Assembly: GCA_038921555.1 (NCBI GenBank)
Contig: JBCKXH010000001.1
Coordinates: 3,741-67,740 of the forward strand
Direction of reading: 5' to 3'
DNA: 64,000 nt
DNA from: Paracoccaceae bacterium
Lineage (GTDB): Bacteria; Pseudomonadota; Alphaproteobacteria; Rhodobacterales; Rhodobacteraceae
The translations under genes were made by a program, and so were the position numbers. Positions 1 to 8,793 of the stretch are shown here, piece by piece (position 1 is the first letter of the stretch; every line of letters begins with the position of its first letter). The notes under the pieces are model-generated. The model did no database searches, was not told the DNA's origin, and worked only from the letters and a program-made list of their open reading frames with translations.

Positions 1-902
1 ACTGGACCTGCGTGGCGCGGCCGTCGAACATCCTGTTGGCCGGAAATGCCGAACAGCGCGAACGCTACCTGATGCCCTGCATCCGGGGCGAGACCTGGGA
101 TTGTCTGGCGATGACGGAACCCGCCGCAGGGTCTGATCTGCGCGGCATGAAGGCCTTTGCCCGGCAAGAGGGCGACGACTGGGTGGTGAACGGCACCAAG
201 CATTTCATCAGCCATGCCGATCTGGCGGGCTTTGCGATTGTCTTTGTGGCGACCGGGCAAGAGGACACGCCGCGCGGACCGAAGAAGAAGATCACGGCGT
301 TCTTTGTCGACAAGGGCACCAAGGGCTTTACCGTCCGCGATGGCTATCGCAACGTTTCGCACCGCGGCTACACCAATGCGATCCTGGAATTCGACGAATG
401 TCGGCTGAACAAACGCCAGATTCTGGGCGAGGTTCACCAGGGCTTTGAGGTGGCCAATTCCTGGCTTGGCGCCACCCGCTTGCAAGTCGCCTCGACCTGC
501 CTTGGCCGGGCTGAACGCGCGCTGGGCCATGCGCTGAACTATGCCGCCGCGCGCCAGCAGTTCGGCCAGCAGATCGGCAAGTTTCAGGGCGTCAGCTTCA
601 AACTGGCCGATATGGCAATGGAGTTGAAGGCGGCAGAACTGCTGACCCGCGAGGCGGCATGGAAATACGATCAGGGCACGGTGACCGAGGCCGATATGTC
701 GATGGCCAAGCTGAAGGCGACCGAAGTGCTGGCGATGGTCGCTGATGAGGCGATCCAGATCCATGGCGGCATGGGCCTGATGGACGAACTGCCCTTGGAG
801 CGGATCTGGCGGGATGCCCGGGTGGAGCGCATCTGGGAGGGGACCTCGGAGATTCAGCGGCACATCATCAGCCGCGAATTGTTGCGGGCGGTGGGGGGAT
901 AA
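1..902 (+). CDS. Acyl-CoA dehydrogenase (5' truncated by window edge); likely gamma-butyrobetainyl-CoA dehydrogenase
   Basis: ACAD motifs AMTEPAAGSD, NGTKHFI, RQQFGQQIGKFQGV, IQIHGGMG, IWEGTSEIQR; adjacent to acyl-CoA ligase and caiD. Confidence 0.9.
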   Translation, partial: WTCVARPSNILLAGNAEQRERYLMPCIRGETWDCLAMTEPAAGSDLRGMKAFARQEGDDWVVNGTKHFISHADLAGFAIVFVATGQEDTPRGPKKKITAFFVDKGTKGFTVRDGYRNVSHRGYTNAILEFDECRLNKRQILGEVHQGFEVANSWLGATRLQVASTCLGRAERALGHALNYAAARQQFGQQIGKFQGVSFKLADMAMELKAAELLTREAAWKYDQGTVTEADMSMAKLKATEVLAMVADEAIQIHGGMGLMDELPLERIWRDARVERIWEGTSEIQRHIISRELLRAVGG

Positions 903-912
903 GAACTTTTGG

Positions 913-943
913 TGCCTCCGGCGGGGATATTTAGGGACAGAAA
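913..943 (-). repeat. Dispersed GC-rich repeat family A copy (AAATAYC core, short form), inverted relative to the copy at 1081
   Basis: GGATATTTAGGGACAGAAA (925-943) is the reverse complement of 1081-1099 with 1 mismatch; TGCCTCCGGCGGG end matches the reverse complement of 6576-6588. Confidence 0.75.
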
Positions 944-965
944 ATGGTAAAGTTTCGCTCCAAAA

Positions 966-981
966 CTAACGTTTCGTTAAC
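966..981 (+). promoter_or_regulatory. Putative CtrA-binding box (CTAA-N7-TTAAC)
   Basis: CTAA CGTTTCG TTAAC, one mismatch to the TTAA-N7-TTAA alphaproteobacterial CtrA consensus, in an AT-rich patch. Confidence 0.4.
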
Positions 982-1080
982 TGACAAAAGTCACATTGGA
1001 TTTACGGTACAGGGAGGGATCCCGATGACCGTGACGGGAAACGGCGCTCTGTCCTCCAAGTGGGGGCAGGGTGTTTCTGT

Positions 1081-1134
1081 TTTCTGTCCCCAAATATCCT
1101 CGGGGGGGTCCGGGGGGGCAGAAGGCCCACCCGG
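1081..1134 (+). repeat. Dispersed repeat family A copy (AAATATCC + G-rich hairpin)
   Basis: TTTCTGTCCCCAAATATCCTCGGGGGGGTCCGGGGGGGCAGAAGGCCCACCCGG resembles copies at 9848, 45582, 52697, 59979. Confidence 0.75.
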
Positions 1135-1161
1135 CGTTGGTCACACGACCAGAGGTCGCAG

Positions 1162-3150
1162 ATGAAAGACCTCCACCGCCTGCTTCGTCCGAAATCCATT
1201 GCCGTATTGGGTGCTGGCTGGGCGCGCAACGTGATCGAGCAATGTCAGAAAATGGGATTTGCCGGGCCGGTCTGGCCGGTCCATCCGACCAAGGCCGAGA
1301 TTGGCGGGCTGAAGGCCTATGCCTCGTTGGCTGAACTGCCCGGCGTGCCGGATGCGGTGTTCGTCGGTGTCAACCGACATGCTACGCTGGATGTCGTGGC
1401 CGAGCTGTCTGCCATGGGAGCGGGTGGGGCGATCTGTTTTGCCAGCGGCTGGACCGAGGCGGGCGAGCCCGAGTTGCAGGCGCAGCTGGTCGCGGCGGCC
1501 GGGGATATGCCGATCCTGGGGCCGAATTGTTATGGGGTGATCAATTACCTCGACGGGGCGCTCTTGTGGCCGGATCAGCATGGCGGGGTCAGGGTTGCCA
1601 AGGGCGTGGCGCTGGTCAGCCAGTCGTCCAACATCGTGATCAATCTGGGCATGCAGAAGCGTGCCTTGCCGGTGGCCTATGTCGCCTGCCTGGGCAATGC
1701 GGCGGTGGTCGGTCTGGCGGAACTGGCAGGGGCCCTGCTGGCCGATGACCGGGTGACAGCACTTGGGCTGTATATCGAGGGCATCGACGATGCGGCGGCC
1801 TTTGCCGAATTGGCGCAGGCGGCGCGGGCGGCGGGCAAGGGGGTGGTCTGCATCAAATCTGGCAAGACCGAGCTTTCGCGCAGGGCGGCGGCCTCGCACA
1901 CGGCGGCGCTGGCGGGCGGCGGGGCGGCGTCGAGCGCCTTTCTGCGCCAGATCGGGGTGGCGGAGGTGAACACGCCGTCGGAACTGATCGAGACACTGAA
2001 GATCTTTCACGTCCATGGCAATCGGGTCGGGCGGCGGCTGTGTTCACTGTCGTGTTCAGGGGGCGAGGCGGGGTTGGTGGCGGATTTGGCGGCGCCGTTC
2101 GGGATTGAGTTTCCGCCGGTGCCTGCTGCGGTGCGGCGGCGGTTGGGCGAGATTTTAGGGCCCATCGTGACCATCGCCAATCCGCTGGATTATCACACCT
2201 TCATCTGGGGCGACGGGCCGCGCACGACGGATGTCTTCACCACCATGCTGTCGGGCTATGATGCGGGTATCTACATCATCGACATGCCACGCGGGGACCG
2301 CTGCGACCCTTCCGGCTATCAACCTGCATTCGGGGCCATCGTGGCGGCGCAAAAGGCGACGGGCAAGCCTGCCTTCCCACTCGCCTCGATGCCAGAGAAT
2401 TTCGACGAGGCCTATGCGATCAAGCTGATGGATCAGGGAGTTTGCACCTTGATGGGGCTGGAGACCGGGTTGGCCGCGATCCGCGCGGCCCAAGTTGGGC
2501 CGGGGGTGCCGGGGTGGCGGCCTTTGGTTGTGACGCCGCCCAAGGACAGCCGGCTGTTGAGCGAGGCCGAGGCGAAAGTCTTGTTGGCCTGCGCCGGTGT
2601 TGCGGTGCCACGGGCGGTTTGCGGGACCTTGGCCGAGGTGACCGAGGCGGCGGCGGGTTTGACCCCGCCCTACGCGCTGAAGGGGTTGGGCTTTGCCCAC
2701 AAGACCGAGGCGGGGGCGGTGCGGTTGGGGCTTACGTCGCTGGCGGGGCAGGAGGCGATGGCGGGTGCTTCGGGCTATCTGGTGGAAGAGATGGTCACCG
2801 GGGCGGTGGCGGAGGTACTGCTCGGGCTGCGGCGCGATCCGGTCTATGGCGTGTCGCTGACGCTGGGGATGGGTGGGGTCATGGCCGAGCTACTGGCGGA
2901 TAGTGTGACGCTGATCCTGCCTGCAACCCAGGTTCAGGTGCTGGAGGCGATGCGCAAGCTGCGGCTTTGGCCCTTGCTGGACGGCTACCGCGGGCGAAAG
3001 CGGGCGGATATGGCGGCCGTGGCGGCGCTGGCGGTCAGGTTGGGCGGACTGATGGCGGCGGACGACAGTCTGGAAGAAATCGAAATCAATCCCGTCATGG
3101 TGGGTGAAAACTTTGCCGTGGCGGTGGATGCGTTGATCAGGAGGGTATGA
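1162..3150 (+). CDS. Acetate--CoA ligase family (NDP-forming acyl-CoA synthetase; CoA-binding + ATP-grasp)
   Basis: RLLRPKSIAVLG, LGPNCYG, VSQS, SHTAALAG, NPLD, HKTEAGAV, EIEINP motifs; ATG at 1162 after GAGG. Confidence 0.9.
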   Translation: MKDLHRLLRPKSIAVLGAGWARNVIEQCQKMGFAGPVWPVHPTKAEIGGLKAYASLAELPGVPDAVFVGVNRHATLDVVAELSAMGAGGAICFASGWTEAGEPELQAQLVAAAGDMPILGPNCYGVINYLDGALLWPDQHGGVRVAKGVALVSQSSNIVINLGMQKRALPVAYVACLGNAAVVGLAELAGALLADDRVTALGLYIEGIDDAAAFAELAQAARAAGKGVVCIKSGKTELSRRAAASHTAALAGGGAASSAFLRQIGVAEVNTPSELIETLKIFHVHGNRVGRRLCSLSCSGGEAGLVADLAAPFGIEFPPVPAAVRRRLGEILGPIVTIANPLDYHTFIWGDGPRTTDVFTTMLSGYDAGIYIIDMPRGDRCDPSGYQPAFGAIVAAQKATGKPAFPLASMPENFDEAYAIKLMDQGVCTLMGLETGLAAIRAAQVGPGVPGWRPLVVTPPKDSRLLSEAEAKVLLACAGVAVPRAVCGTLAEVTEAAAGLTPPYALKGLGFAHKTEAGAVRLGLTSLAGQEAMAGASGYLVEEMVTGAVAEVLLGLRRDPVYGVSLTLGMGGVMAELLADSVTLILPATQVQVLEAMRKLRLWPLLDGYRGRKRADMAAVAALAVRLGGLMAADDSLEEIEINPVMVGENFAVAVDALIRRV

Positions 3151-3151
3151 G

Positions 3152-3946
3152 ATGGAAATGACGACCGAGGGACAGGTCAGGACCCGCCGCGAAGGGGCCA
3201 TTCTGGAGGTCACGCTGGACCGGCCCAAGGCCAATGCGATTGACCTCGCAACCAGCCGGGTCATGGGGCTGACCTTTCGGGCGTTCCGCGATGATGACAG
3301 CCTCAGGGTGTGCATTCTGCGGGCCGCGGGCGAAAAATTCTTTTGCCCCGGCTGGGACCTGAAGGCGGCGGCAGCTGGTGATGCGGTCGATGGTGATTAC
3401 GGCGTCGGCGGCTTTGGCGGCTTGCAGGAACTGCCCAACCTGAACAAGCCGGTGATTGCGGCGGTGAACGGCATCTGTTGCGGCGGCGGGCTGGAACTGG
3501 CGTTGAGCGCCGATCTGATCCTGTGTTCGTCGAACGCGACCTTCGCCTTGCCGGAGATCAGGTCGGGGACGCTGGCCGATGCCGCCAGTATCAAGCTGCC
3601 CAAGCGGATACCTTATCATGTGGCGATGGATCTGCTGCTGACCGGGCGTTGGTTTGACGCCGATGAGGCGCTGCGCTGGGGGATCGTGAAGGAAATTTGT
3701 GCGCCTGCCGACCTCTTGGGCAAGGCCTGGGATTTGGCGCGGCTGCTCGAATCCGGGCCGCCGCTGGTCTATGCGGCGATCAAGGAAGTGGTGCGCGAGG
3801 CGGAGAATATGCGGTTTCAGGACGCTTTGGCCCGGGTCACGAAACGGCTGCTGCCGAGTGTGGACCGGCTCTATTCCAGCGCGGATCAATTGGAAGGGGC
3901 GCGGGCCTTTGCCGAAAAGAGGAACCCGGTCTGGCAGGGGAAGTAG
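3152..3946 (+). CDS. caiD: Carnitinyl-CoA dehydratase / crotonobetainyl-CoA hydratase (crotonase family)
   Basis: TLDRPKANAID, FFCPGWDLKAAA, GGFGGL, GGGLELALSAD, LPKRIPYH, EGARAFAEKRNPVWQG. Confidence 0.85.
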   Translation: MEMTTEGQVRTRREGAILEVTLDRPKANAIDLATSRVMGLTFRAFRDDDSLRVCILRAAGEKFFCPGWDLKAAAAGDAVDGDYGVGGFGGLQELPNLNKPVIAAVNGICCGGGLELALSADLILCSSNATFALPEIRSGTLADAASIKLPKRIPYHVAMDLLLTGRWFDADEALRWGIVKEICAPADLLGKAWDLARLLESGPPLVYAAIKEVVREAENMRFQDALARVTKRLLPSVDRLYSSADQLEGARAFAEKRNPVWQGK

Positions 3947-4060
3947 GGGTTCGTCCAGACTGGTCGCCATGTTTACGTCAAATTTACCCTTCAAAACTGT
4001 ACTATCTTAGCCGTGTGCTTATATGTTAGTGGAACCTCTATGGACCGGAGAAATGCGCAA

Positions 4061-4288
4061 ATGGACAAAATGAGCTACTCGGCGTTCCGCCGGGGGGTGG
4101 CCTTGGGCTTCTCATCTCCCTATCGTTTTGCGCTAGGTGAGCGGTGGCATCCCACGTACCGCGAAACTGACACTTTGGCTTCTGCTTGGCGTGAGGTTGG
4201 AAAACTCTTGAGAGACGAACTCGCAAGGGAAGGAGAAAGACAACTTGGGAACAGCGCCAACAAAGAAGTCGCCCCCCCAAAGAGATGA
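4061..4288 (+). CDS. Small hypothetical protein (75 aa), partner of downstream DUF2335-like gene
   Basis: GGAG RBS at 4047-4050; ORF overlaps start of next gene; lower GC than flanks. Confidence 0.6.
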   Translation: MDKMSYSAFRRGVALGFSSPYRFALGERWHPTYRETDTLASAWREVGKLLRDELAREGERQLGNSANKEVAPPKR

Positions 4289-4724
4289 GCCACTTGATCG
4301 AACCCAGGCTTTCGAAGCAGAGGTTGACCGTCAGATAGGTAACCTTGTGCCCCAGAAGGGCCGCAAGGAGATCGTCGCGCGGATGACGGCTCTTGTTATC
4401 ACTGAAAGCTTCTCTGGTCCGATAGCACATCCGCGCCATCTGAAAGAGTATGAAGCGGTTGAGCCCGGGTCTGCGGATCGGATCATTACAATGGCCGAAA
4501 AGCGCAATAATCACCATATGTCGATGGAGCGCGCGGTTTTGGACGCTGAAGATAGGGACCAAGCACGGGGAATGTGGTTGGGGGCTGGTCTTTTCGCGAT
4601 CTTGATTGGCGCAGCACTTTGGGTTTCGCTGGTTACTCAGAACGCTGTCTTGGCGGCAGTGTTCCTTGGAGTTGCAGCTTTGGGCGGAATTGCTGTTTTC
4701 ATCAAGGGCCGAAACGGCAAGTAG
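4245..4724 (+). CDS. DUF2335-like membrane protein
   Basis: SFSGPIAHPRHLKEYEAVEPGSADRIITMAEK motif followed by two C-terminal TM helices; TTG start with AGGAGA RBS. Confidence 0.8.
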   Translation: MGTAPTKKSPPQRDEPLDRTQAFEAEVDRQIGNLVPQKGRKEIVARMTALVITESFSGPIAHPRHLKEYEAVEPGSADRIITMAEKRNNHHMSMERAVLDAEDRDQARGMWLGAGLFAILIGAALWVSLVTQNAVLAAVFLGVAALGGIAVFIKGRNGK

Positions 4725-4810
4725 CAAGGCAGTCTGCGACAGATTTTGTCGGAAACCCTCAAGGCTATGTGGAGACTGGCGCTATGGTTGCTCCGATACT
4801 GGAGATAACC

Positions 4811-6424
4811 ATGGCGGAGACCGATTACATCATCGTCGGATCGGGCTCAGCGGGGTCGGTGCTGGCCGATCGGTTGACGGCGTCGGGCCGGCACCGCGTC
4901 ACGCTGCTGGAGGCGGGCGGCACCGACCGGCGGTTTTTCGTGCAGATGCCTCTCGGCTATGGCAAGCTGTTCTATGACCCCGCCGTCAACTGGTGCTACC
5001 AGACCGAGCCTGATCCGGGCCTCGCGGGGCAGCGCGATTTCTGGCCGCGCGGCAAGATATTGGGCGGGTCGTCCTCGATCAACGCCATGGTCTATATCCG
5101 CGGCCACCGGGCGGATTACGTCGAATGGGGCCGCGCAGCACCGGGTTGGGGCTGGGACGAATGTCTGAGCGCCTACCGCGCGATGGAGGACACCGAGGCG
5201 GGCGGCGACCACTGGCGCGGCAAGGGCGGGCCTTTGTTCATCAGCGAAAACCGCAAGGGGCTGCATTGGCTGGTTGAGGATTACATCGCGGCCTGCGGAC
5301 AGGCCGGGCTTGCCTTCAACCGCGATTTCAACGGGGCCGAGCAGGAGGGGGCGGGCACCTATCAGATGACCATCCGGGGGGCGCGGCGCAATTCGGCGGC
5401 GCGGGCCTTTCTGCGGCCCGCGATGCGGCGTCAGAACCTGGCGGTGATCACCGGGGCCATGGTGACGCGGGTTCTGATCGAGGACGGCCGGGCGGGTGGG
5501 GTGGAATATGTGCGGGATGGCCAGCGGGTGGAGTTGCGCTGCAATGGCGAAGTGATCTTGGCGGGCGGGGCGATCAACTCACCGCAGTTGTTGCAACTGT
5601 CAGGGGTCGGGCCGGGGGCGTTGTTGCAGGGCTTGGGGATTGCGGTGCTGCGCGACAATCCCGCTGTCGGCGACCATCTGAGCGACCATCAGGGCATCAA
5701 CTATACCTGGGCGGCAAAGGGGCCGACCTATAACGACATCCTGCGGCCATGGTGGGGCAAGCTGTTTGTCGGGGCGCAATATTTCCTGACGGGTGGTGGT
5801 CCCTTGTCCAAGTCGATCAACCATGGCGGCGGCTTCTTCCGCACCAGGCCTGATCTGGAGCGGCCCAACATGCAGCTGTACTTCCAGGCCTTCTCGACGC
5901 TGATCCCGCGGGTTGGGGGAAGGCGGGGGGGCGAGCGGCCCTTGCTGACGCCGGACCCGTTCAGCGGCTTGTCGATCGGGCTGTCGAACTGCCGCCCGAC
6001 CAGCCGGGGGCATATCCGCATCCGCTCGGCGGATCCGTTTGAACATCCGGCGATCGTGGCCAATGCGTTTTCAACCGACAATGACGTCGAGGAGATGCTG
6101 GCAGCGGTCAAGTTCCTGCGCAGCATCGCCGCCCAGCCCGCCCTCGCGGCGCGGCTGGCCGAGGAGTTGCGACCGGGGCCCGCGGTGCAGTCGGATGAGG
6201 CGCTGATCGCGGATTTCCGGGCACGCTCGGGCACCGTCTATCACCCCGGTTGCACCTGCCGGATCGGCTCGGTGGTCGATGGGCGGTTAAAGGTGTTCGG
6301 GGTGGAGGGGTTGCGGGTGTGCGACGCCTCGGCCTTTCCCAATCTGATTGCGGGCAACACCAATGCGCCTGCCATGCTGATGGGGTGGAAAGGGGCGGAG
6401 ATGGTGTTGCAGGACGCGCGCTGA
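4811..6424 (+). CDS. GMC family oxidoreductase (choline dehydrogenase-like)
   Basis: DYIIVGSGSAG FAD motif, WPRGKILGGSSSINAMVYIRG, GAINSPQLLQLSGVG, GNTNAP. Confidence 0.92.
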   Translation: MAETDYIIVGSGSAGSVLADRLTASGRHRVTLLEAGGTDRRFFVQMPLGYGKLFYDPAVNWCYQTEPDPGLAGQRDFWPRGKILGGSSSINAMVYIRGHRADYVEWGRAAPGWGWDECLSAYRAMEDTEAGGDHWRGKGGPLFISENRKGLHWLVEDYIAACGQAGLAFNRDFNGAEQEGAGTYQMTIRGARRNSAARAFLRPAMRRQNLAVITGAMVTRVLIEDGRAGGVEYVRDGQRVELRCNGEVILAGGAINSPQLLQLSGVGPGALLQGLGIAVLRDNPAVGDHLSDHQGINYTWAAKGPTYNDILRPWWGKLFVGAQYFLTGGGPLSKSINHGGGFFRTRPDLERPNMQLYFQAFSTLIPRVGGRRGGERPLLTPDPFSGLSIGLSNCRPTSRGHIRIRSADPFEHPAIVANAFSTDNDVEEMLAAVKFLRSIAAQPALAARLAEELRPGPAVQSDEALIADFRARSGTVYHPGCTCRIGSVVDGRLKVFGVEGLRVCDASAFPNLIAGNTNAPAMLMGWKGAEMVLQDAR

Positions 6425-6520
6425 CCACAGCGAGGGGCCGCTTCGGGTGCCATCGAGGCACCGCTTAGCGGCATTGCCATGGCGGAGGGCCGGACGCTGC
6501 GCCGGAGGAGGGGGCGGACG

Positions 6521-6588
6521 CTCCGCGGGGAGTATTTCTGCCAATGTGAAACGATTTCATACTGGCACAAATACTCCCGCCGGAGGCA
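6521..6588. repeat. Inverted doublet of repeat family A between convergent genes (possible bidirectional terminator)
   Basis: GGGAGTATTTCTGCCAATGTGAAA-CGA-TTTCATACTGGCACAAATACTCCC imperfect long hairpin. Confidence 0.75.
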
Positions 6589-6626
6589 TCTGATGCCGGG
6601 CAGGGGCGGGGGGCGTCGTGGTATGG

Positions 6627-8135
6627 TCACTCCCCCCTTGGGAAGCGCTTGTGCTCTTCCAGCACGTTCAAATCCATGTGGTTGCGCATGTAGCGTTCCG
6701 AGGCGGCGCGCAGGGGTTGGTGGTCCCAGGGGTAATAGGCGCCGTTGCGCAGGGCTTCGTACACCACCCAGCGGCGGGCCTGGCTCTGGCGGACCTCGAA
6801 ATCATAGGCGGCAAGGTCCCAGCGGGCGGCGACCACCAGCTGAAAATGGGCCAGAACCTCGGCGGCGCGCGGGTCGGTGGCGAGGTTGCGGTTCTCATCC
6901 GGGTCCGAGGCGAGGTCGAACAGAAGGTCGGGGTCGGCGGGGCAGTGGATGTATTTCCACGCCCCCTGACGCAGGGCGATCATCGGGGTGATCGAGCCTT
7001 CGGCGGCGTATTCCATGGCGACCGGGGAGAGACGATCTTCGCCGCGCGCGAGCGGCACCAGGCTTTCGCCATCGGTCCATGGCATGACTTCGGCCATCGT
7101 GATGCCGGCAAGCTCGCACAGGGTCGGCGTCACGTCGAGGGTGGACACCGCAGTTTCAACGCAATGGGGCGTGAGGCCGGCGGCGGATATCATCAGGGGC
7201 ACCCGTGCTGCGCCCTCAAAGAAGTTCATCTTGAACCACAGGCCCTTGCGGCCAAGCATCTCACCATGGTCCGAGACAAAGACCACGATCGCCGCTTGCC
7301 GGGTTGCCGCAAGCGTCGCCAGAATCTCGCCGATCTTGTCATCGACATAGGAGATATTGGCGAAATAGCCCTGGCGGGCGCGGCGGATGTGGTCGGGCGT
7401 CAACTCAAGGCCGCGCCAGTCGCAGGCATCCATCAGGCGTTGGGAATGGGGATCCATGGCTTCATAGGCCAGAGGCGGCGGCGGCTCCAGTTCAGGCGCA
7501 GCCTCATACAGGTCCCAGTATTTCTTGCGGGCGACGAAGGGATCGTGGGGATGGCTGAAGCTGGCGGTCAGGCACCACGGTCGGGGGTCAAGGCCGCGTG
7601 AGCGGTCATAGATTTTCTGCACCGCCTGATGGCAGACGTCGTCGTCATATTCCAGCTGGTTGGTGATCTCGGCCACGCCGGCACCGGTGACTGAGCCGAG
7701 GTTGTGATACCACCAGTCGATCCGCTGCCCAGGTTTGCGATAATCGGGGGTCCAGCCGAAATCGGCGGGGTAGATGTCGGTGGTCAGGCGCTCCTCGAAA
7801 CCGTGCAACTGGTCGGGGCCGACGAAGTGCATCTTGCCGGACAGCGCGGTGTAATAGCCGGCACGGCGCAGGTGGTGGGCATAGGTCGGGATGTCCGAGG
7901 CAAACTCGGCCGCGTTGTCATAGACCCGGGTGCGGCGCGGCAGGGCGCCCGACATGAAGGCGGCGCGGGCGGGGGCACAGAGCGGCGAGGCGGTGTAGGC
8001 ATTGGCAAAGCGCACCGAGCGGGCGGCAAGCGCGCGCAGGTTGGGGGCGTGCAGAAAGGCGGCGGGGCCGTCGGCAAACAGGGTGCCGGTCAACTGATCG
8101 ACCATCAGGATCAGGATATTGGGTTTATCGGTCAT
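6627..8135 (-). CDS. betC: Choline-sulfatase
   Basis: PNILILMVDQ, sulfatase signature SPLCAPARA, GKMHFVGPDQLHGFEERLTTDIYPADFGWTPD, C-terminal YMRNHMDLN. Confidence 0.95.
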   Translation of the reverse strand: MTDKPNILILMVDQLTGTLFADGPAAFLHAPNLRALAARSVRFANAYTASPLCAPARAAFMSGALPRRTRVYDNAAEFASDIPTYAHHLRRAGYYTALSGKMHFVGPDQLHGFEERLTTDIYPADFGWTPDYRKPGQRIDWWYHNLGSVTGAGVAEITNQLEYDDDVCHQAVQKIYDRSRGLDPRPWCLTASFSHPHDPFVARKKYWDLYEAAPELEPPPPLAYEAMDPHSQRLMDACDWRGLELTPDHIRRARQGYFANISYVDDKIGEILATLAATRQAAIVVFVSDHGEMLGRKGLWFKMNFFEGAARVPLMISAAGLTPHCVETAVSTLDVTPTLCELAGITMAEVMPWTDGESLVPLARGEDRLSPVAMEYAAEGSITPMIALRQGAWKYIHCPADPDLLFDLASDPDENRNLATDPRAAEVLAHFQLVVAARWDLAAYDFEVRQSQARRWVVYEALRNGAYYPWDHQPLRAASERYMRNHMDLNVLEEHKRFPRGE

Positions 8136-8453
8136 CTTGGCCTCCGGCGCGTGCTGGGCATAGATGGGCTGAAGCATGGCAAAAGAACAGCCGGAAAGTC
8201 GCCTTTCCGTTACAGGCCGGGCCTATGGAACGGGGGGCAGCCCAGCCAGCCCAGAGGTGTTCGGGTGAAGCGACTTGCCCTTGCCGCAATCGGGATGGAA
8301 CACCTGAAGTCCAAACGCAACAGCCTCAAAGTCGTTGACACGCCCTGCACCGCGTTGGAAAACCAAGTTGCTCACACCGCGCCGCAAGGGGTTCCAATCC
8401 GCCACAATCCGGCTAAGCTTGCCCTGTCAGGCAGGCTTGGGAGGTCAGAACCG

Positions 8454-8575
8454 ATGATGAAGGTCTTTCGCCTTGCTCTTGTTGCCGCAACCAGAGCCTT
8501 TTCCGCTAAAATGGCTCTTGCAGATGGCTTGCAAGACTGCCTCACCGCAGCCCAAGCGGGCGACGCCGCAACAGA
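8454..8575 (+). pseudogene. N-terminal stub of a secreted Sel1-repeat-like protein
   Basis: GGGAGG RBS, signal-like MMKVFRLALVAA..ALA, then DGLQDCLTAAQAGDAAT resembling Sel1 protein N-termini; no Sel1 repeats follow. Confidence 0.35.
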
Positions 8576-8793
8576 TGACGCCCGAGGATATAGCGGAGGC
8601 TACCCGGCGCGCAAAACGCTGTATGGCGTCCAGCTACGCCGATTGCGATTGAAAAGCGATTTCCTGGCCGCCGCATCACTACGGCCCAAAGCCGCAACGG
8701 GAACTGGTGTCGTATTTGTGCCGGAAAGTGGCGGGAAAGTCCGGATTTCTCCGGGCGTAGCGGGTCCTGATGGCGGGGGAATAGGGGGGCATC

